Shown: positions 1 to 9,359 of the stretch, in pieces
How positions within the stretch are numbered: the first letter of the stretch is position 1
Layout of the letters: every line of letters begins with the position of its first letter
From: an uncultured Lachnospiraceae bacterium
GTDB lineage: Bacteria > Bacillota > Clostridia > Lachnospirales > Anaerotignaceae
Length of the DNA stretch: 64,000 bases
NCBI GenBank assembly: GCA_944381395.1
Contig: CALWKY010000041.1
Location: forward strand, 79,942-143,941
Direction of reading: 5' to 3'
Program-made: the position numbers and the translations under genes
Notes under the pieces: generated by a model
The model's database searches: none
What the model was told of the DNA's origin: nothing
What the model saw: the letters and a program-made list of their open reading frames with translations, nothing else

Positions 1-502
1 AATTCTGTCGGGCTATATTTCGATAAGTCATGGGTCAGCCCCTGCCAATAAAGTCCCACCCGGAAACAATACGCACACACTAAAGCCCGATGATGGTTTA
101 TCGTTTTTAGATGACCAAAAAAATTACTCATATTCTAACTGCACCTTCCTTTTTCTCTGTTCACAGCATAGCACAAATGCAGAGAAAAAGCCATGCAAAA
201 GAATAGGATATTTTTTCGTCGAAATTGATCTTGTTCCGGTTTCTTTCGCAATTTATAATATTTAAAAAAACAGGAAGAAACAGAAAATCCCCTTTGAAAC
301 ATGACCAAATAGATGTGGAACCGAGAAGGTCTGCAGACGATTTCCATTTTATTGATGGTTTGTGGTAGTTTAATAATGGCAGCACTTCCCAATGTATGAG
401 AATTGTCCATTAAGCAGAAAAACATTGTGCACCTTCTGGGTTTGATGGTCTTTTGCCGCAGAGCGCTGCCGGAATATTATTGTCAATCATTTATCTTGAA
501 AT

Positions 503-546
503 AAAAAAGACCGGAGCCTGAAAAAGCAAACCGGTCTGTTTTTTAT
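503..546. terminator. Bidirectional rho-independent terminator downstream of the isochorismatase-family gene
   Basis: Stem AGACCGG (508-514) pairs with CCGGTCT (531-537). An A-run lies 5' and a T-run 3'. Confidence 0.7.
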
Positions 547-1092
547 TTATTTAACCAATTTAGAAATTGCCTTGAAATGCTCGGATGTGCTGGTTTCTGT
601 CAATTCAAAGAGAATAGACTCTACACTGGAAATGATTGCGCCTTCCTGTGCCATTCTGGCAATACCAGAGCGCTTGTCGTATTCTCTTCTGGAGCCCAAT
701 GCGTCTACGGCTAAAATCACTTCACAGCCCTCTGCCAGTAAATCTCTGACTGTCTGCATCACACAAATGTGGGTTTCTGCGCCGCAGATAATCACTTGTT
801 TTTTACCAGAGCCCAAAACAGCCTGGCGCATTTCGTCCTGCAGCATACAGCTGAAACTTCTTTTTTCTAAAGGCTGATACGCCTCCTGCAGAGCTTCTTG
901 AACAGGCGCTACTGTAAAACCCAAACCTTTGGTATACTGCTCCGTCACCACCATAGGAACACCCAATTCTTTTAATCCCTGAATTAACAAAACCGTCCTA
1001 TCAACGACACTTTCTTTCTGATCAATAACGGGCATCAGCCTCTCCTGCTCATCAATAATCATGGCAATACTATTTTGTGCTGATAATTTCAT
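547..1092 (-). CDS. Isochorismatase-family cysteine hydrolase
   Basis: 181 aa. Family-typical layout including ...VIICGAETHICVMQT... with the catalytic Cys. A GGAGG-type RBS lies upstream and the stop is TAA. Confidence 0.8.
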   Translation of the reverse strand: MKLSAQNSIAMIIDEQERLMPVIDQKESVVDRTVLLIQGLKELGVPMVVTEQYTKGLGFTVAPVQEALQEAYQPLEKRSFSCMLQDEMRQAVLGSGKKQVIICGAETHICVMQTVRDLLAEGCEVILAVDALGSRREYDKRSGIARMAQEGAIISSVESILFELTETSTSEHFKAISKLVK

Positions 1093-1186
1093 AACGGCAA
1101 TCCTCCTTTGGTACCTATATCTTGAAACATTCCGTTTCCAAATTATAGCACACCTGTTTTTCTTTGTCTATTCACAGAATGACGCT

Positions 1187-1963
1187 TCAAACATATTTAC
1201 GCATACGCTGTAATGCGCTTTTTTCCAAACGTGATACTTGTGCTTGGCTAATACCAATTTCTTCACTGACTTCCGTTTGAGTACGGCCTTCAAAAAACCG
1301 CAGTTTCACAATTTTTTGCTCTCTTCCCGATAAGTGATCCAAAGCTTCTGCCAAAGACAAATTTTCTAACCACAGCTTATCTCCATTTTTTTCATCGCTT
1401 ACCTGGTCCATAACAAACATGGTATCCCCGCCATCATGATAAACCGGCTCAAACAAAGAGATAGGATCTTGAATGGCATCCATGGCAGTAACAACCGTTT
1501 CTTTGGGCAAGCCCATTTCTTTCGCAATTTCATCTAAAGTAGGCTCTTTTTCCCGTTCCGCCGTCAAACGCTCTCTCATTTGCAGTGCTTTATAGGCGGT
1601 ATCTCTTAAAGACCGGCTGACACGGATACTGTTATTGTCCCGTAAATACCGGCGGATCTCCCCAATAATCATAGGGCAAAAATAAGTGGAAGGCATAACA
1701 TCCATTGTAATATCAAAATGGTCAATGGCTTTAATCAAGCCCACAACACCTACCTGAAATAAATCATCCATATTTTCACTGCGGTGCTCAAAGCGTTTTA
1801 TGACGCTTAAAACCAGCCGCAAGTTTCCTTCGATGAGTTTTTCTCTGGCAGCAAGGTCACCGTCATGGTACTCCCGGAATAATTTCTTCGATTCTTCCGG
1901 TGTCAAAGTCGGCAATTTTGCCGTATTCACCCCACTGATTTCTACCTTACTGTAATATGCCAT
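1187..1963 (-). CDS. sigG: RNA polymerase sporulation sigma factor SigG
   Basis: 258 aa and near-colinear with B. subtilis SigG as I recall it. Shared segments include KVEISGVNTAKLP, NLRLVLSVI.RF, PMIIGEIRRYLRDNN.IRVSRSLRD, DAIQDP.SLFEP and EEIGISQAQVSRLEK. Confidence 0.9.
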   Translation of the reverse strand: MAYYSKVEISGVNTAKLPTLTPEESKKLFREYHDGDLAAREKLIEGNLRLVLSVIKRFEHRSENMDDLFQVGVVGLIKAIDHFDITMDVMPSTYFCPMIIGEIRRYLRDNNSIRVSRSLRDTAYKALQMRERLTAEREKEPTLDEIAKEMGLPKETVVTAMDAIQDPISLFEPVYHDGGDTMFVMDQVSDEKNGDKLWLENLSLAEALDHLSGREQKIVKLRFFEGRTQTEVSEEIGISQAQVSRLEKSALQRMRKYV

Positions 1964-2078
1964 GATTCATCCACTCCCCTGCGGAAAAATTTTCAAACAG
2001 AATTTTCTTGTCCTGTTTTTAACTTCTCCCTTGGAATTGGAAAATATACCTGACAAATTATGCCTCATTTTGCGCTTT

Positions 2079-2107
2079 GTATAAGTTCTTTTTTTCTGTG
2101 CATACTG
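2079..2107 (+). promoter_or_regulatory. Forespore (sigma-G/sigma-F class)-like promoter for the 56-aa ORF
   Basis: GTATA (2079-2083), 17-nt spacer, CATACTG (2101-2107). This resembles the B. subtilis sigma-G consensus GHATR-N17/18-CATXHTA as I recall it. It sits 34 nt upstream of the ATG. Confidence 0.4.
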
Positions 2108-2140
2108 AAAATAAAAGAATCAAATAAAGGAGGTTGCGCA

Positions 2141-2311
2141 ATGCAGCTGCTGATCACATCAGAGGGATTAACACAAATGGAAAGCGAAAAAGCCAGCACT
2201 CATTTTATTCGATCTGCAGAGCGTGGGAATCTCTGCCGCACAGTAGCCAGTGGCTTTGGGAAAAAAAGAGACTTTGACTATTCCCCCATGGCGCAGCGAG
2301 ACACATTATAA
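2141..2311 (+). CDS. Small hypothetical protein (56 aa), divergent from sigG
   Basis: Internal ATG of the 2060..2311 ORF, preceded by a perfect AAGGAGG with a 7-nt spacer. A strong terminator follows. I recognise no family. Confidence 0.5.
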   Translation: MQLLITSEGLTQMESEKASTHFIRSAERGNLCRTVASGFGKKRDFDYSPMAQRDTL

Positions 2312-2335
2312 TGCAGTGGATAATGATTCACAAAC

Positions 2336-2365
2336 AAAAAAAGGACCGGTCAGGTCCTTTTTTCT
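2336..2365. terminator. Bidirectional terminator shared by the small ORF (+) and the DUF1836 gene (-)
   Basis: AAAAAAAGGACC-ggtca-GGTCCTTTTTT. Confidence 0.75.
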
Positions 2366-2373
2366 TTCGAATT

Positions 2374-2907
2374 TTAAGATATCCCCTGTGGAGAAACATT
2401 TGCATCCATCAGCAAATAACACTGCTCCAAATAAATGTGATTTGCAATGGCAACAATCATATTAAAAAACATTGCCTTTGCCATGTTTTCTTCCTCAGAA
2501 GGCTCAAAACCATAATTTTGTACCGCGCAAACAGCATGCAAAACCCGTTCCAGCTCTTTTCGAAAAAATTCATAAGATTCTTCCAAACGGTCGGCAGCCG
2601 CTTTCTGCAACGAAATACACCAGCCGATCTGATCTAAAGAAAACACTGTTTTGGTTAAAGTAATATACAACAGATACGCAATCTGGCTTCTGTAATAAAA
2701 CTTACGCACAGGTCTATCCACCAGTTTTTTCTTTACATAGTTACTGATCATAGATGCCGTGATTAAACCTTCCCCCAAAGGCTTCAAAATCATAGAAATA
2801 TACTGCACTACCTGTTCTAAATACAATCCATTGTCTGGAATTTCTTTAAATATAGGCAGACGAAATGCAGAAAGCCGCATTTTCACTTTTTCCTGAATTT
2901 CATTCAT
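2374..2907 (-). CDS. DUF1836 domain-containing protein
   Basis: Start moved to the MNEIQEKV ATG at 2905-2907, which has a GGGAGGAAAAGC RBS. This family commonly sits divergent from or next to degV. Confidence 0.65.
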   Translation of the reverse strand: MNEIQEKVKMRLSAFRLPIFKEIPDNGLYLEQVVQYISMILKPLGEGLITASMISNYVKKKLVDRPVRKFYYRSQIAYLLYITLTKTVFSLDQIGWCISLQKAAADRLEESYEFFRKELERVLHAVCAVQNYGFEPSEEENMAKAMFFNMIVAIANHIYLEQCYLLMDANVSPQGIS

Positions 2908-3066
2908 AATGCTTTTCCTCCCTTGGATCTTATTGTAGCATCCAGAAAAATTTCCGTCAACGCAGAAAAAAGAAAAGTGCTCTTGACAAATCCAAAAAAG
3001 GCATCTACTATTAAACATATGTAGTTTTAAAAACCACATCGCATTTTTTTAGAAACGAGGTGCGAA

Positions 3067-3897
3067 ATGAATAGAAAAATTGTTTTTGATTCTTCTTGCG
3101 ATTTATTAGATGAACGAAAGGTGCCATATGCCACCGTTCCTTTAAAAATCATTACCGATGAAAAAGAATATATTGATGATCACAGCCTAAATGCCGCACA
3201 AATGGTTGCAGAATTAGCTGTTTATCCCGGCAGAAGTACTACTTCCTGCCCCAATGCAGCAGAATGGCTGGATGCTTTTGGCGATGCAAAAGAGGTTTAT
3301 ACTGTCACCATTACAGGAGGTCTTTCCGGAAGCTATCATTCTGCTGTTCTGGCAAAAAATGACTATTTGGAAGAACATCCTGATCGAAAAGTATGTGTCA
3401 TTGACAGTAAGTCTGCTGGTCCCGGCTGCGCCATGTTGGTACAAAAATTAGAAGAATTGGTTCAAAAGTCACTTACATTTGAAGAGATCTGCATTGCCAT
3501 TGAACACTATCGCAGCAAAATACATCTGCTATTTTCTTTAGAGTCTTTGAAAAATTTGGCAAAAAACGGCAGAGTCAATCCCGCTGTTGCATCCGTCGCT
3601 GGATTTTTAGGCATTCGTGCGCTTGGTATTGCCAATGAAAAAGGGCAGCTTTCCATGCTGCACAAATGCCGTGGAGAAAAGTCTACCTTAGAAAAAATCT
3701 TTCAAGAGATGTTAGCCAGAGGCTATCAAGGCGGTAAGGTTCTCATTCACCATTGTTTGAATGAAACGGGTGCAAAACGCTTAGAAGCGCGTATTTTACA
3801 ACTTTATCCAACAGCAGAAATTCAAATCCGTCCTACTGCCGGTCTTTGCAGCTACTATGCTGAAAAGGGCGGTCTTATGGTTGGATTTGAAGGTTAA
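3067..3897 (+). CDS. DegV family fatty-acid-binding protein
   Basis: 276 aa. The N-terminus IVFDSSCDL and the ...TITGGLSGSY... motif are typical of DegV. Confidence 0.9.
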   Translation: MNRKIVFDSSCDLLDERKVPYATVPLKIITDEKEYIDDHSLNAAQMVAELAVYPGRSTTSCPNAAEWLDAFGDAKEVYTVTITGGLSGSYHSAVLAKNDYLEEHPDRKVCVIDSKSAGPGCAMLVQKLEELVQKSLTFEEICIAIEHYRSKIHLLFSLESLKNLAKNGRVNPAVASVAGFLGIRALGIANEKGQLSMLHKCRGEKSTLEKIFQEMLARGYQGGKVLIHHCLNETGAKRLEARILQLYPTAEIQIRPTAGLCSYYAEKGGLMVGFEG

Positions 3898-3914
3898 AAT
3901 TCCATCATCCATTG

Positions 3915-3946
3915 AAAAAGGAACTCCATCATGGAGTTCCTTTTTT
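3915..3946. terminator. Bidirectional terminator between degV (+) and the C_GCAxxG gene (-)
   Basis: AAAAAGGAACTCCAT-c-ATGGAGTTCCTTTTTT. Confidence 0.8.
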
Positions 3947-3975
3947 CGTTCATTTAAATAGATTGTTGACAGAAA

Positions 3976-4419
3976 TTATTTTAACAGATATTTTTCTGCA
4001 ATATCTGCCGCATCTCTTACTGCACGTAAGCAAGGACGTACATGATAATACTCTTCTGTGCGTACTTGCGGTTCCTGCGCGTCCTCACCAGGTTTCAGAC
4101 CCAACAGTTCCCTGCAAAGAATACCATCTTGTCTTTGTCTGAATTCCTCTGCCATTGCATGTACAATCCGGTAAACTTCTGCTTTTTGGTCAAAGTCCTT
4201 GGGATCGTTGTAACCCTGCATCATACCCGCTACCATTGTCATGCCGCTGACTGCACCGCATACTTCCCGCAGTTTACCAATGCCTGCGCCAAAGGGGCTG
4301 GCAATTTTTAAAGCAGTTTCCTCATCCATGCCTACTACATCCGCAAATGCAGCAAATACTGCCTGGCTGCAGTTATATCCTTTTCTAAAGATTTCCTCCG
4401 CTTTATCTGCTCTTGACAT
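3976..4419 (-). CDS. C_GCAxxG_C_C family (putative redox-active) protein
   Basis: 147 aa. Contains GYNCSQAV, FGAGIG and EVCGAVSG, which match the family signature. Confidence 0.8.
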   Translation of the reverse strand: MSRADKAEEIFRKGYNCSQAVFAAFADVVGMDEETALKIASPFGAGIGKLREVCGAVSGMTMVAGMMQGYNDPKDFDQKAEVYRIVHAMAEEFRQRQDGILCRELLGLKPGEDAQEPQVRTEEYYHVRPCLRAVRDAADIAEKYLLK

Positions 4420-4526
4420 GTAAAATCCTCCTTTATTCCAACTTCCAATAATATTCCATTCGTCAGTACCATACCATTTTTTACAAAAAATAGCAAGTAA
4501 AGCCTTTCTTCAACATAAAATATCAT

Positions 4527-4579
4527 TTTACAAAAGCTTTACAAAACGTTTCTTTTGGATTTTACAGAAAATTTATAAT
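4527..4579 (+). promoter_or_regulatory. Pho-box array plus -10 element of the pst operon promoter
   Basis: Four TT(T/A)ACA-like hexamers at about 11-bp phasing: TTTACA 4527, TTTACA 4538, TTTCTT 4549, TTTACA 4561. TATAAT follows at 4574-4579. No -35 hexamer is present, as in PhoP-activated promoters. Confidence 0.6.
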
Positions 4580-4632
4580 ATAAGTCTGTAAGATAAAACA
4601 AACAAAAAGTAAAGAAAAAAGGAGAAATTAAA

Positions 4633-5475
4633 ATGAAAAGATTTGGCATTTTAACCATCGCAGCAGCATTAGCCGTAACTACTCTGGCAGGCTGCGGCAG
4701 CAACTCTTCCAGCAATTCTAACACCTCTAGCAACACCGAAGTAACCGGTACCGTATCTACCGACGGTTCCACTTCCATGGAAAAAGTAATCGGCTCTCTC
4801 GGTGAAGCATTCGAAGCTGAAAACTCTGGCATTACCTTTACTTATAACCCCACTGGTTCCGGTTCCGGTATCACTGCTGTATCTGAAGGCAGATGCGACA
4901 TCGGTCTTTCCAGCCGTGCTTTGACAGATGAAGAAAAAGAAAGCGGTTTGACCGAAACTATCCTGGCTTTAGATGGTATTGCTATTATCGTAAACCCTGA
5001 AAACCCTGTAAACGATCTGAGTCTGGAACAGATTGCACAGATCTACACCGGTGAAATCACCAACTGGAGCGAAGTTGGCGGCAGTGACAGCGAAATCGTA
5101 CTGATCGGTCGTGAAGCAGGCAGCGGTACCAGAGATGGTTTTGAATCCATTACCGGTACAGAAGACCTTTGCCAGTATCGTCAGGAACTGACCAGCACTG
5201 GTGACGTAATCACTACTGTAGCAAACAACCCTGGTGCTATCGGTTATGCTTCTCTGGCTTCCATCAGCGACACTGTAAAAGCTATCACTGTTGATGGTGT
5301 TGCTCCTTCCGAGGAAACTGTAAAAGATGGCAGCTATGTAGTACAGCGTCCTTTCGTACTGGTTACCAAGACTGATACTCCTCTGAGCGAGGCAGCACAG
5401 CTGTTCTTCGACTACGCAACCTCTGCTGATGTAGAAGATATCCTGACTGGTGCAGGTGTAGTATCCGCAAACTAA
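4633..5475 (+). CDS. pstS: Phosphate ABC transporter substrate-binding lipoprotein PstS
   Basis: 280 aa. Lipobox LAGC; motifs GSGSG, GSGTR and AIGY; it leads the pstCAB genes. Confidence 0.9.
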   Translation: MKRFGILTIAAALAVTTLAGCGSNSSSNSNTSSNTEVTGTVSTDGSTSMEKVIGSLGEAFEAENSGITFTYNPTGSGSGITAVSEGRCDIGLSSRALTDEEKESGLTETILALDGIAIIVNPENPVNDLSLEQIAQIYTGEITNWSEVGGSDSEIVLIGREAGSGTRDGFESITGTEDLCQYRQELTSTGDVITTVANNPGAIGYASLASISDTVKAITVDGVAPSEETVKDGSYVVQRPFVLVTKTDTPLSEAAQLFFDYATSADVEDILTGAGVVSAN

Positions 5476-5543
5476 ACGATTTTTTCAAAAAGGCGGCTCT
5501 CCATACCGGGAACCGTCTTTTTTTCTAAAGAAAGGCTGAAATT

Positions 5544-6416
5544 ATGAAAAACAAAAAACATTTGACCGAAACCATTATTCATGGAATCTTCTTGATTTTA
5601 GGTTTATTGACCGTAGGCTGTGTTTTACTGATTACAATCTATCTTGTTATTTCCGGTATTCCTGCCATTCGTGAAATCGGGCTGATCGACTTTTTGTTTG
5701 GCAAAACATGGGCTTCTACGGCAAGCGAACCCTCTTTTGGTATCCTGCCCTTCCTGCTCACCAGTATTTATGGTACGGCAGGCGCAATTCTTTTGGGCGT
5801 ACCTGTTGGCTTTTTTACCGCAGTTTATCTGGCAAAGGTCGCAAATCCCAAAGTAAAATCCATTGTTAGTTCCGCAATCAGCCTCTTGGCCAGCATTCCC
5901 TCTGTTGTATACGGTTTAGTTGGTATGCTGATCTTGGTTCCGGGGATTCGAGAAGTTTTTTCTCTTCCTGACGGTGCCAGCTTATTAGCCGCAATCATCG
6001 TATTGGCAATCATGGTACTGCCTTCCATCATTAACGTTTCTTTAACCGCTCTGGAAGCCGTTCCCAAAGAATATGAAGACGCATCTTTAGCATTGGGTGC
6101 TACCCCTACAGAAACCTATTTCCGCGTATCCGTTCCCGCGGCAAAAAGCGGTATCGCAGCCGCAATTGTATTAGGCGTGGGCAGAGCCATTGGTGAAGCA
6201 ATGGCTGTTATCATGGTATCTGGTAACGCACCCAATATGCCTTCCCTATTTGAAAGCGTACGTTTCCTGACTACCGCTGTTGCCAGCGAAATGGCTTACT
6301 CCTCTGGATTGCAGCGGCAGGCATTATTCTCTATTGCATTGGTACTGTTCTTCTTTATTATGTTAATCAATGCAGTACTGAACTTCTTCTTGAAAAAGAG
6401 TAAGGAGGAACATTAA
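5544..6416 (+). CDS. pstC: Phosphate ABC transporter permease PstC
   Basis: 290 aa polytopic protein with the EAA-type loop (...LGATPTETYFRV...). Position in the operon supports the call. Confidence 0.9.
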   Translation: MKNKKHLTETIIHGIFLILGLLTVGCVLLITIYLVISGIPAIREIGLIDFLFGKTWASTASEPSFGILPFLLTSIYGTAGAILLGVPVGFFTAVYLAKVANPKVKSIVSSAISLLASIPSVVYGLVGMLILVPGIREVFSLPDGASLLAAIIVLAIMVLPSIINVSLTALEAVPKEYEDASLALGATPTETYFRVSVPAAKSGIAAAIVLGVGRAIGEAMAVIMVSGNAPNMPSLFESVRFLTTAVASEMAYSSGLQRQALFSIALVLFFFIMLINAVLNFFLKKSKEEH

Positions 6417-7280
6417 ATGGAAAATAGACCTATTTCAAACGAAAGAAAACGGTACATATTCCTAATGAATGCCCTTATGACACTAGCAGTTGTTATCACC
6501 TGCGCGCTCACATTATTTTTCATTGTATATGTACTTTATAAAGGTTTCCCCCATATCACATGGGAGCTGCTCTCTACGGAGCCTAGTTACTTAGCTGATA
6601 CCATTGGTATTTTACCGGATATTTTAAACACACTATACATCTTACTGGCATCTTTGGTGCTGGTTTTGCCTCTGGGTGTTGGTGCTGCGGTTTATTTAAG
6701 CGAATATGCTACCAATCAGAAGGTAGTATCTCTTATCGAATATGCAGCTGAAACATTATCTGGTATTCCCTCTATTATTTACGGCTTGGTAGGTATGCTT
6801 TTCTTCTGCGAATTCTTAGGCATGAAGACTTCCCTTTTAGCAGGTGCTTGCACACTGGTAATCATGAATCTGCCTACCATCATGCGTACCACACAAGAAA
6901 GTTTGAAAACTGTACCGCAAAGCTACCGTGAGGGTGCCTTTGGATTAGGTGCAGGTAAATGGAGAGTCATTCGTACTGTAGTTTTGCCCAGCTGTATTGA
7001 CGGTATCATTACCGGCTGTATCCTTTCCATTGGTCGTATCCTCGGTGAATCCGCTGCGCTGTTATTTACCGCAGGTTTCGCGCATGCTACCAATGGCATT
7101 ATCGATGGATTACAAAACGCTGGTGCAACCCTAACCGTTGCATTGTATGTATACGCAAAAGAACAAGGTGAATTTGATGTTGCGTTTGCCATTGCCGCTA
7201 TCTTGATGGTGCTGGCGGTATTGATTAACACGGCTGCAACTCTTGTAGGTAAGCACTATCAGAAACGGAGAGATATATGA
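6417..7280 (+). CDS. pstA: Phosphate ABC transporter permease PstA
   Basis: 287 aa with the motif [15 protein letters not shown]. Its start abuts the pstC stop (TAAATG). Confidence 0.9.
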   Translation: MENRPISNERKRYIFLMNALMTLAVVITCALTLFFIVYVLYKGFPHITWELLSTEPSYLADTIGILPDILNTLYILLASLVLVLPLGVGAAVYLSEYATNQKVVSLIEYAAETLSGIPSIIYGLVGMLFFCEFLGMKTSLLAGACTLVIMNLPTIMRTTQESLKTVPQSYREGAFGLGAGKWRVIRTVVLPSCIDGIITGCILSIGRILGESAALLFTAGFAHATNGIIDGLQNAGATLTVALYVYAKEQGEFDVAFAIAAILMVLAVLINTAATLVGKHYQKRRDI

Positions 7281-8032
7281 GTTCTATCATTACTGTAAAA
7301 GACATGTGCTTGTGGTATGGCAATTCCCAGGCATTAAAGGACATCAACATTGATATTGAAGAAAAAAGCATCACTGCCCTGATCGGACCTTCCGGCTGTG
7401 GTAAATCTACTTTCTTGAAAACATTAAATCGTATGAACGATTTGGTACCTGGTGTAAAAGTAACCGGCGATATCCGCTATCGTGGTCAAGATATTTTTGA
7501 TCCTCAGCTGGACGTAAATGAACTGCGCAGACAGGTTGGCATGGTATTCCAAAAGCCTAACCCCTTCCCCATGAGCATCTACGATAATATCGCCTATGGT
7601 CCCAGAACCCATGGTATCAAAAATAAGGCGAAACTGGATGATATTGTAGAACGCTCTTTGCGCGGTGCTGCTATTTGGGATGAAGTCCATGATCGACTGA
7701 AAAAATCCGCATTAGGTCTTTCCGGTGGTCAGCAGCAGCGCCTTTGCATTGCCAGAGCACTGGCAGTAGAACCTGATGTCCTGCTGATGGATGAACCTAC
7801 CAGCGCTTTGGACCCTATTTCCACATCCAAGATCGAAGATCTTGTCACAGAACTAAAAAATCAGTATACTATTATTATCGTTACACATAATATGCAGCAG
7901 GCTGTACGTATTTCTGATAATACCGCTTTCTTCTTGCTGGGCAACCTGATTGAATACGGCGATACAGAAAAAATGTTCTCTGAACCCAGAGACAAACGTA
8001 CAGAAGATTATATTACAGGGAGGTTCGGTTAA
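7277..8032 (+). CDS. pstB: Phosphate ABC transporter ATP-binding protein PstB
   Basis: 251 aa. Walker [10 protein letters not shown], signature [14 protein letters not shown], Walker B LLMDEP. ATGA overlap with pstA. Confidence 0.95.
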   Translation: MSSIITVKDMCLWYGNSQALKDINIDIEEKSITALIGPSGCGKSTFLKTLNRMNDLVPGVKVTGDIRYRGQDIFDPQLDVNELRRQVGMVFQKPNPFPMSIYDNIAYGPRTHGIKNKAKLDDIVERSLRGAAIWDEVHDRLKKSALGLSGGQQQRLCIARALAVEPDVLLMDEPTSALDPISTSKIEDLVTELKNQYTIIIVTHNMQQAVRISDNTAFFLLGNLIEYGDTEKMFSEPRDKRTEDYITGRFG

Positions 8033-8034
8033 TT

Positions 8035-8688
8035 ATGAGAAGCAAATTCGACGAACAGCTTGCGCTGTTAAACAGAGAACTGACACAAATGGGTGCTATG
8101 TGCGAAGAAGCCATTGGTTTGGCTTCCGAAGCATTGGCAAAAGACAGCAAAGAAATCGCAGCAAAGGTATCCCCCGTGGATACAGAAATCGACCATATGG
8201 AGCGTACCATCGAAAACCTTTGCTTAAAGCTGTTACTGCAGCAGCAGCCTGTTGCTAAGGATCTGAGACAAATTTCCGCGGCTTTGAAAATGATTACCGA
8301 TATGGAACGTATTGGTGATCAGGCAGATGATATTGCAGAAATTATTTCCTATATGGAAGGGCACGATCCCAATCATTGTGCAGATATTTTGCAGATGGCG
8401 AATGAAGCCATTCAGATGGTAACAGAAAGTGTTAATTCCTATGTACAAAAGGATATGGATCTGGCAGAAAAAGCCATTGCCCATGATGATGTCGTAGATG
8501 AATATTTTGAAAAAGTAAAGTCTCATTTAATCGATATGATTGCAAATCAGCCGGATGATGGAAAATATGCACTGGATCTGCTGATGATCGCAAAGTATTT
8601 CGAAAGAATTGGGGACCATGCGGTAAATATTGCAGAATGGGTCGTTTTTTCCATTACTGGAGTTCATAAAGGAGAAGAAAAAGCATGA
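8035..8688 (+). CDS. phoU: Phosphate signalling complex protein PhoU
   Basis: 217 aa. Two PhoU repeats carry the E(R)IGD motifs MERIGDQADD and FERIGDHAVN. Confidence 0.9.
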   Translation: MRSKFDEQLALLNRELTQMGAMCEEAIGLASEALAKDSKEIAAKVSPVDTEIDHMERTIENLCLKLLLQQQPVAKDLRQISAALKMITDMERIGDQADDIAEIISYMEGHDPNHCADILQMANEAIQMVTESVNSYVQKDMDLAEKAIAHDDVVDEYFEKVKSHLIDMIANQPDDGKYALDLLMIAKYFERIGDHAVNIAEWVVFSITGVHKGEEKA

Positions 8689-9359
8689 TTTGGTGTGTAG
8701 AAGATGATGCCGGAATACGGGAAATCGAATTATATACCCTAAAAGCAACCGGATTTGAGGCCAGAGGGTTTGAGGAAAGTACTTCTTTTTGGGAAGCACT
8801 GAAAACAGATCAGCCAGAACTGATTTTGTTAGATGTTATGCTGCCTGGAGAAGATGGTGTTCAAATTTTAAAGAAGTTAAAAGCCTCTCCTGATACCTGC
8901 CGCATCCCTATTATTATGGCAACTGCAAAAGGCATGGAATATGATAAAATCCAGAGTTTGGATTTAGGCGCAGATGATTATTTGGTCAAGCCGTTTGGCA
9001 TGATGGAAATGATCTCTCGCATTAAAGCTGTTTTGCGTCGTTGCCAGCCTGTGGAAAAAGATCCCATTTTAACTTACGATTCTTTACAGATGAATTTAAA
9101 GGAGCACAGTGTTTCCATTGATGGGCAGATTATTAACTTAACTTATAAGGAGTATGAACTGTTAAAGCTATTCCTGCTCCATCCCGGCACAGCTTATACA
9201 CGAGAACAGCTGTTTAATGAAATTTGGGGCATGGACTACTGCGGAGAAACCCGAACTGTAGATATGCACATCCGTACGTTACGGCAAAAAATCGGTTCTT
9301 ATGGTGAAAAAATCCAAACCGTACGTAACGTAGGTTACCGAATGGAGGCGCAGAAATGA
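8685..9359 (+). CDS. phoP: OmpR-family response regulator (PhoP/PhoB-type)
   Basis: 224 aa. Receiver domain (LILLDVMLPGEDG, KPF) plus winged-helix domain (TRTVDMHIRTLRQK...VGYR). ATGA overlap with phoU. Confidence 0.85.
   Translation: MIWCVEDDAGIREIELYTLKATGFEARGFEESTSFWEALKTDQPELILLDVMLPGEDGVQILKKLKASPDTCRIPIIMATAKGMEYDKIQSLDLGADDYLVKPFGMMEMISRIKAVLRRCQPVEKDPILTYDSLQMNLKEHSVSIDGQIINLTYKEYELLKLFLLHPGTAYTREQLFNEIWGMDYCGETRTVDMHIRTLRQKIGSYGEKIQTVRNVGYRMEAQK

Noticed and set aside
2060-3039. N-terminal extensions suggested by the ORF track. Examples are 2374-3039, 32840, 35114, 38346, 39888, 41901, 43478, 49200 and 57205
   Set aside because: In each case an internal start codon has a much better Shine-Dalgarno sequence and spacing, and it matches the usual N-terminus of the family. 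The upstream extensions overlap promoter, terminator or leader sequence.
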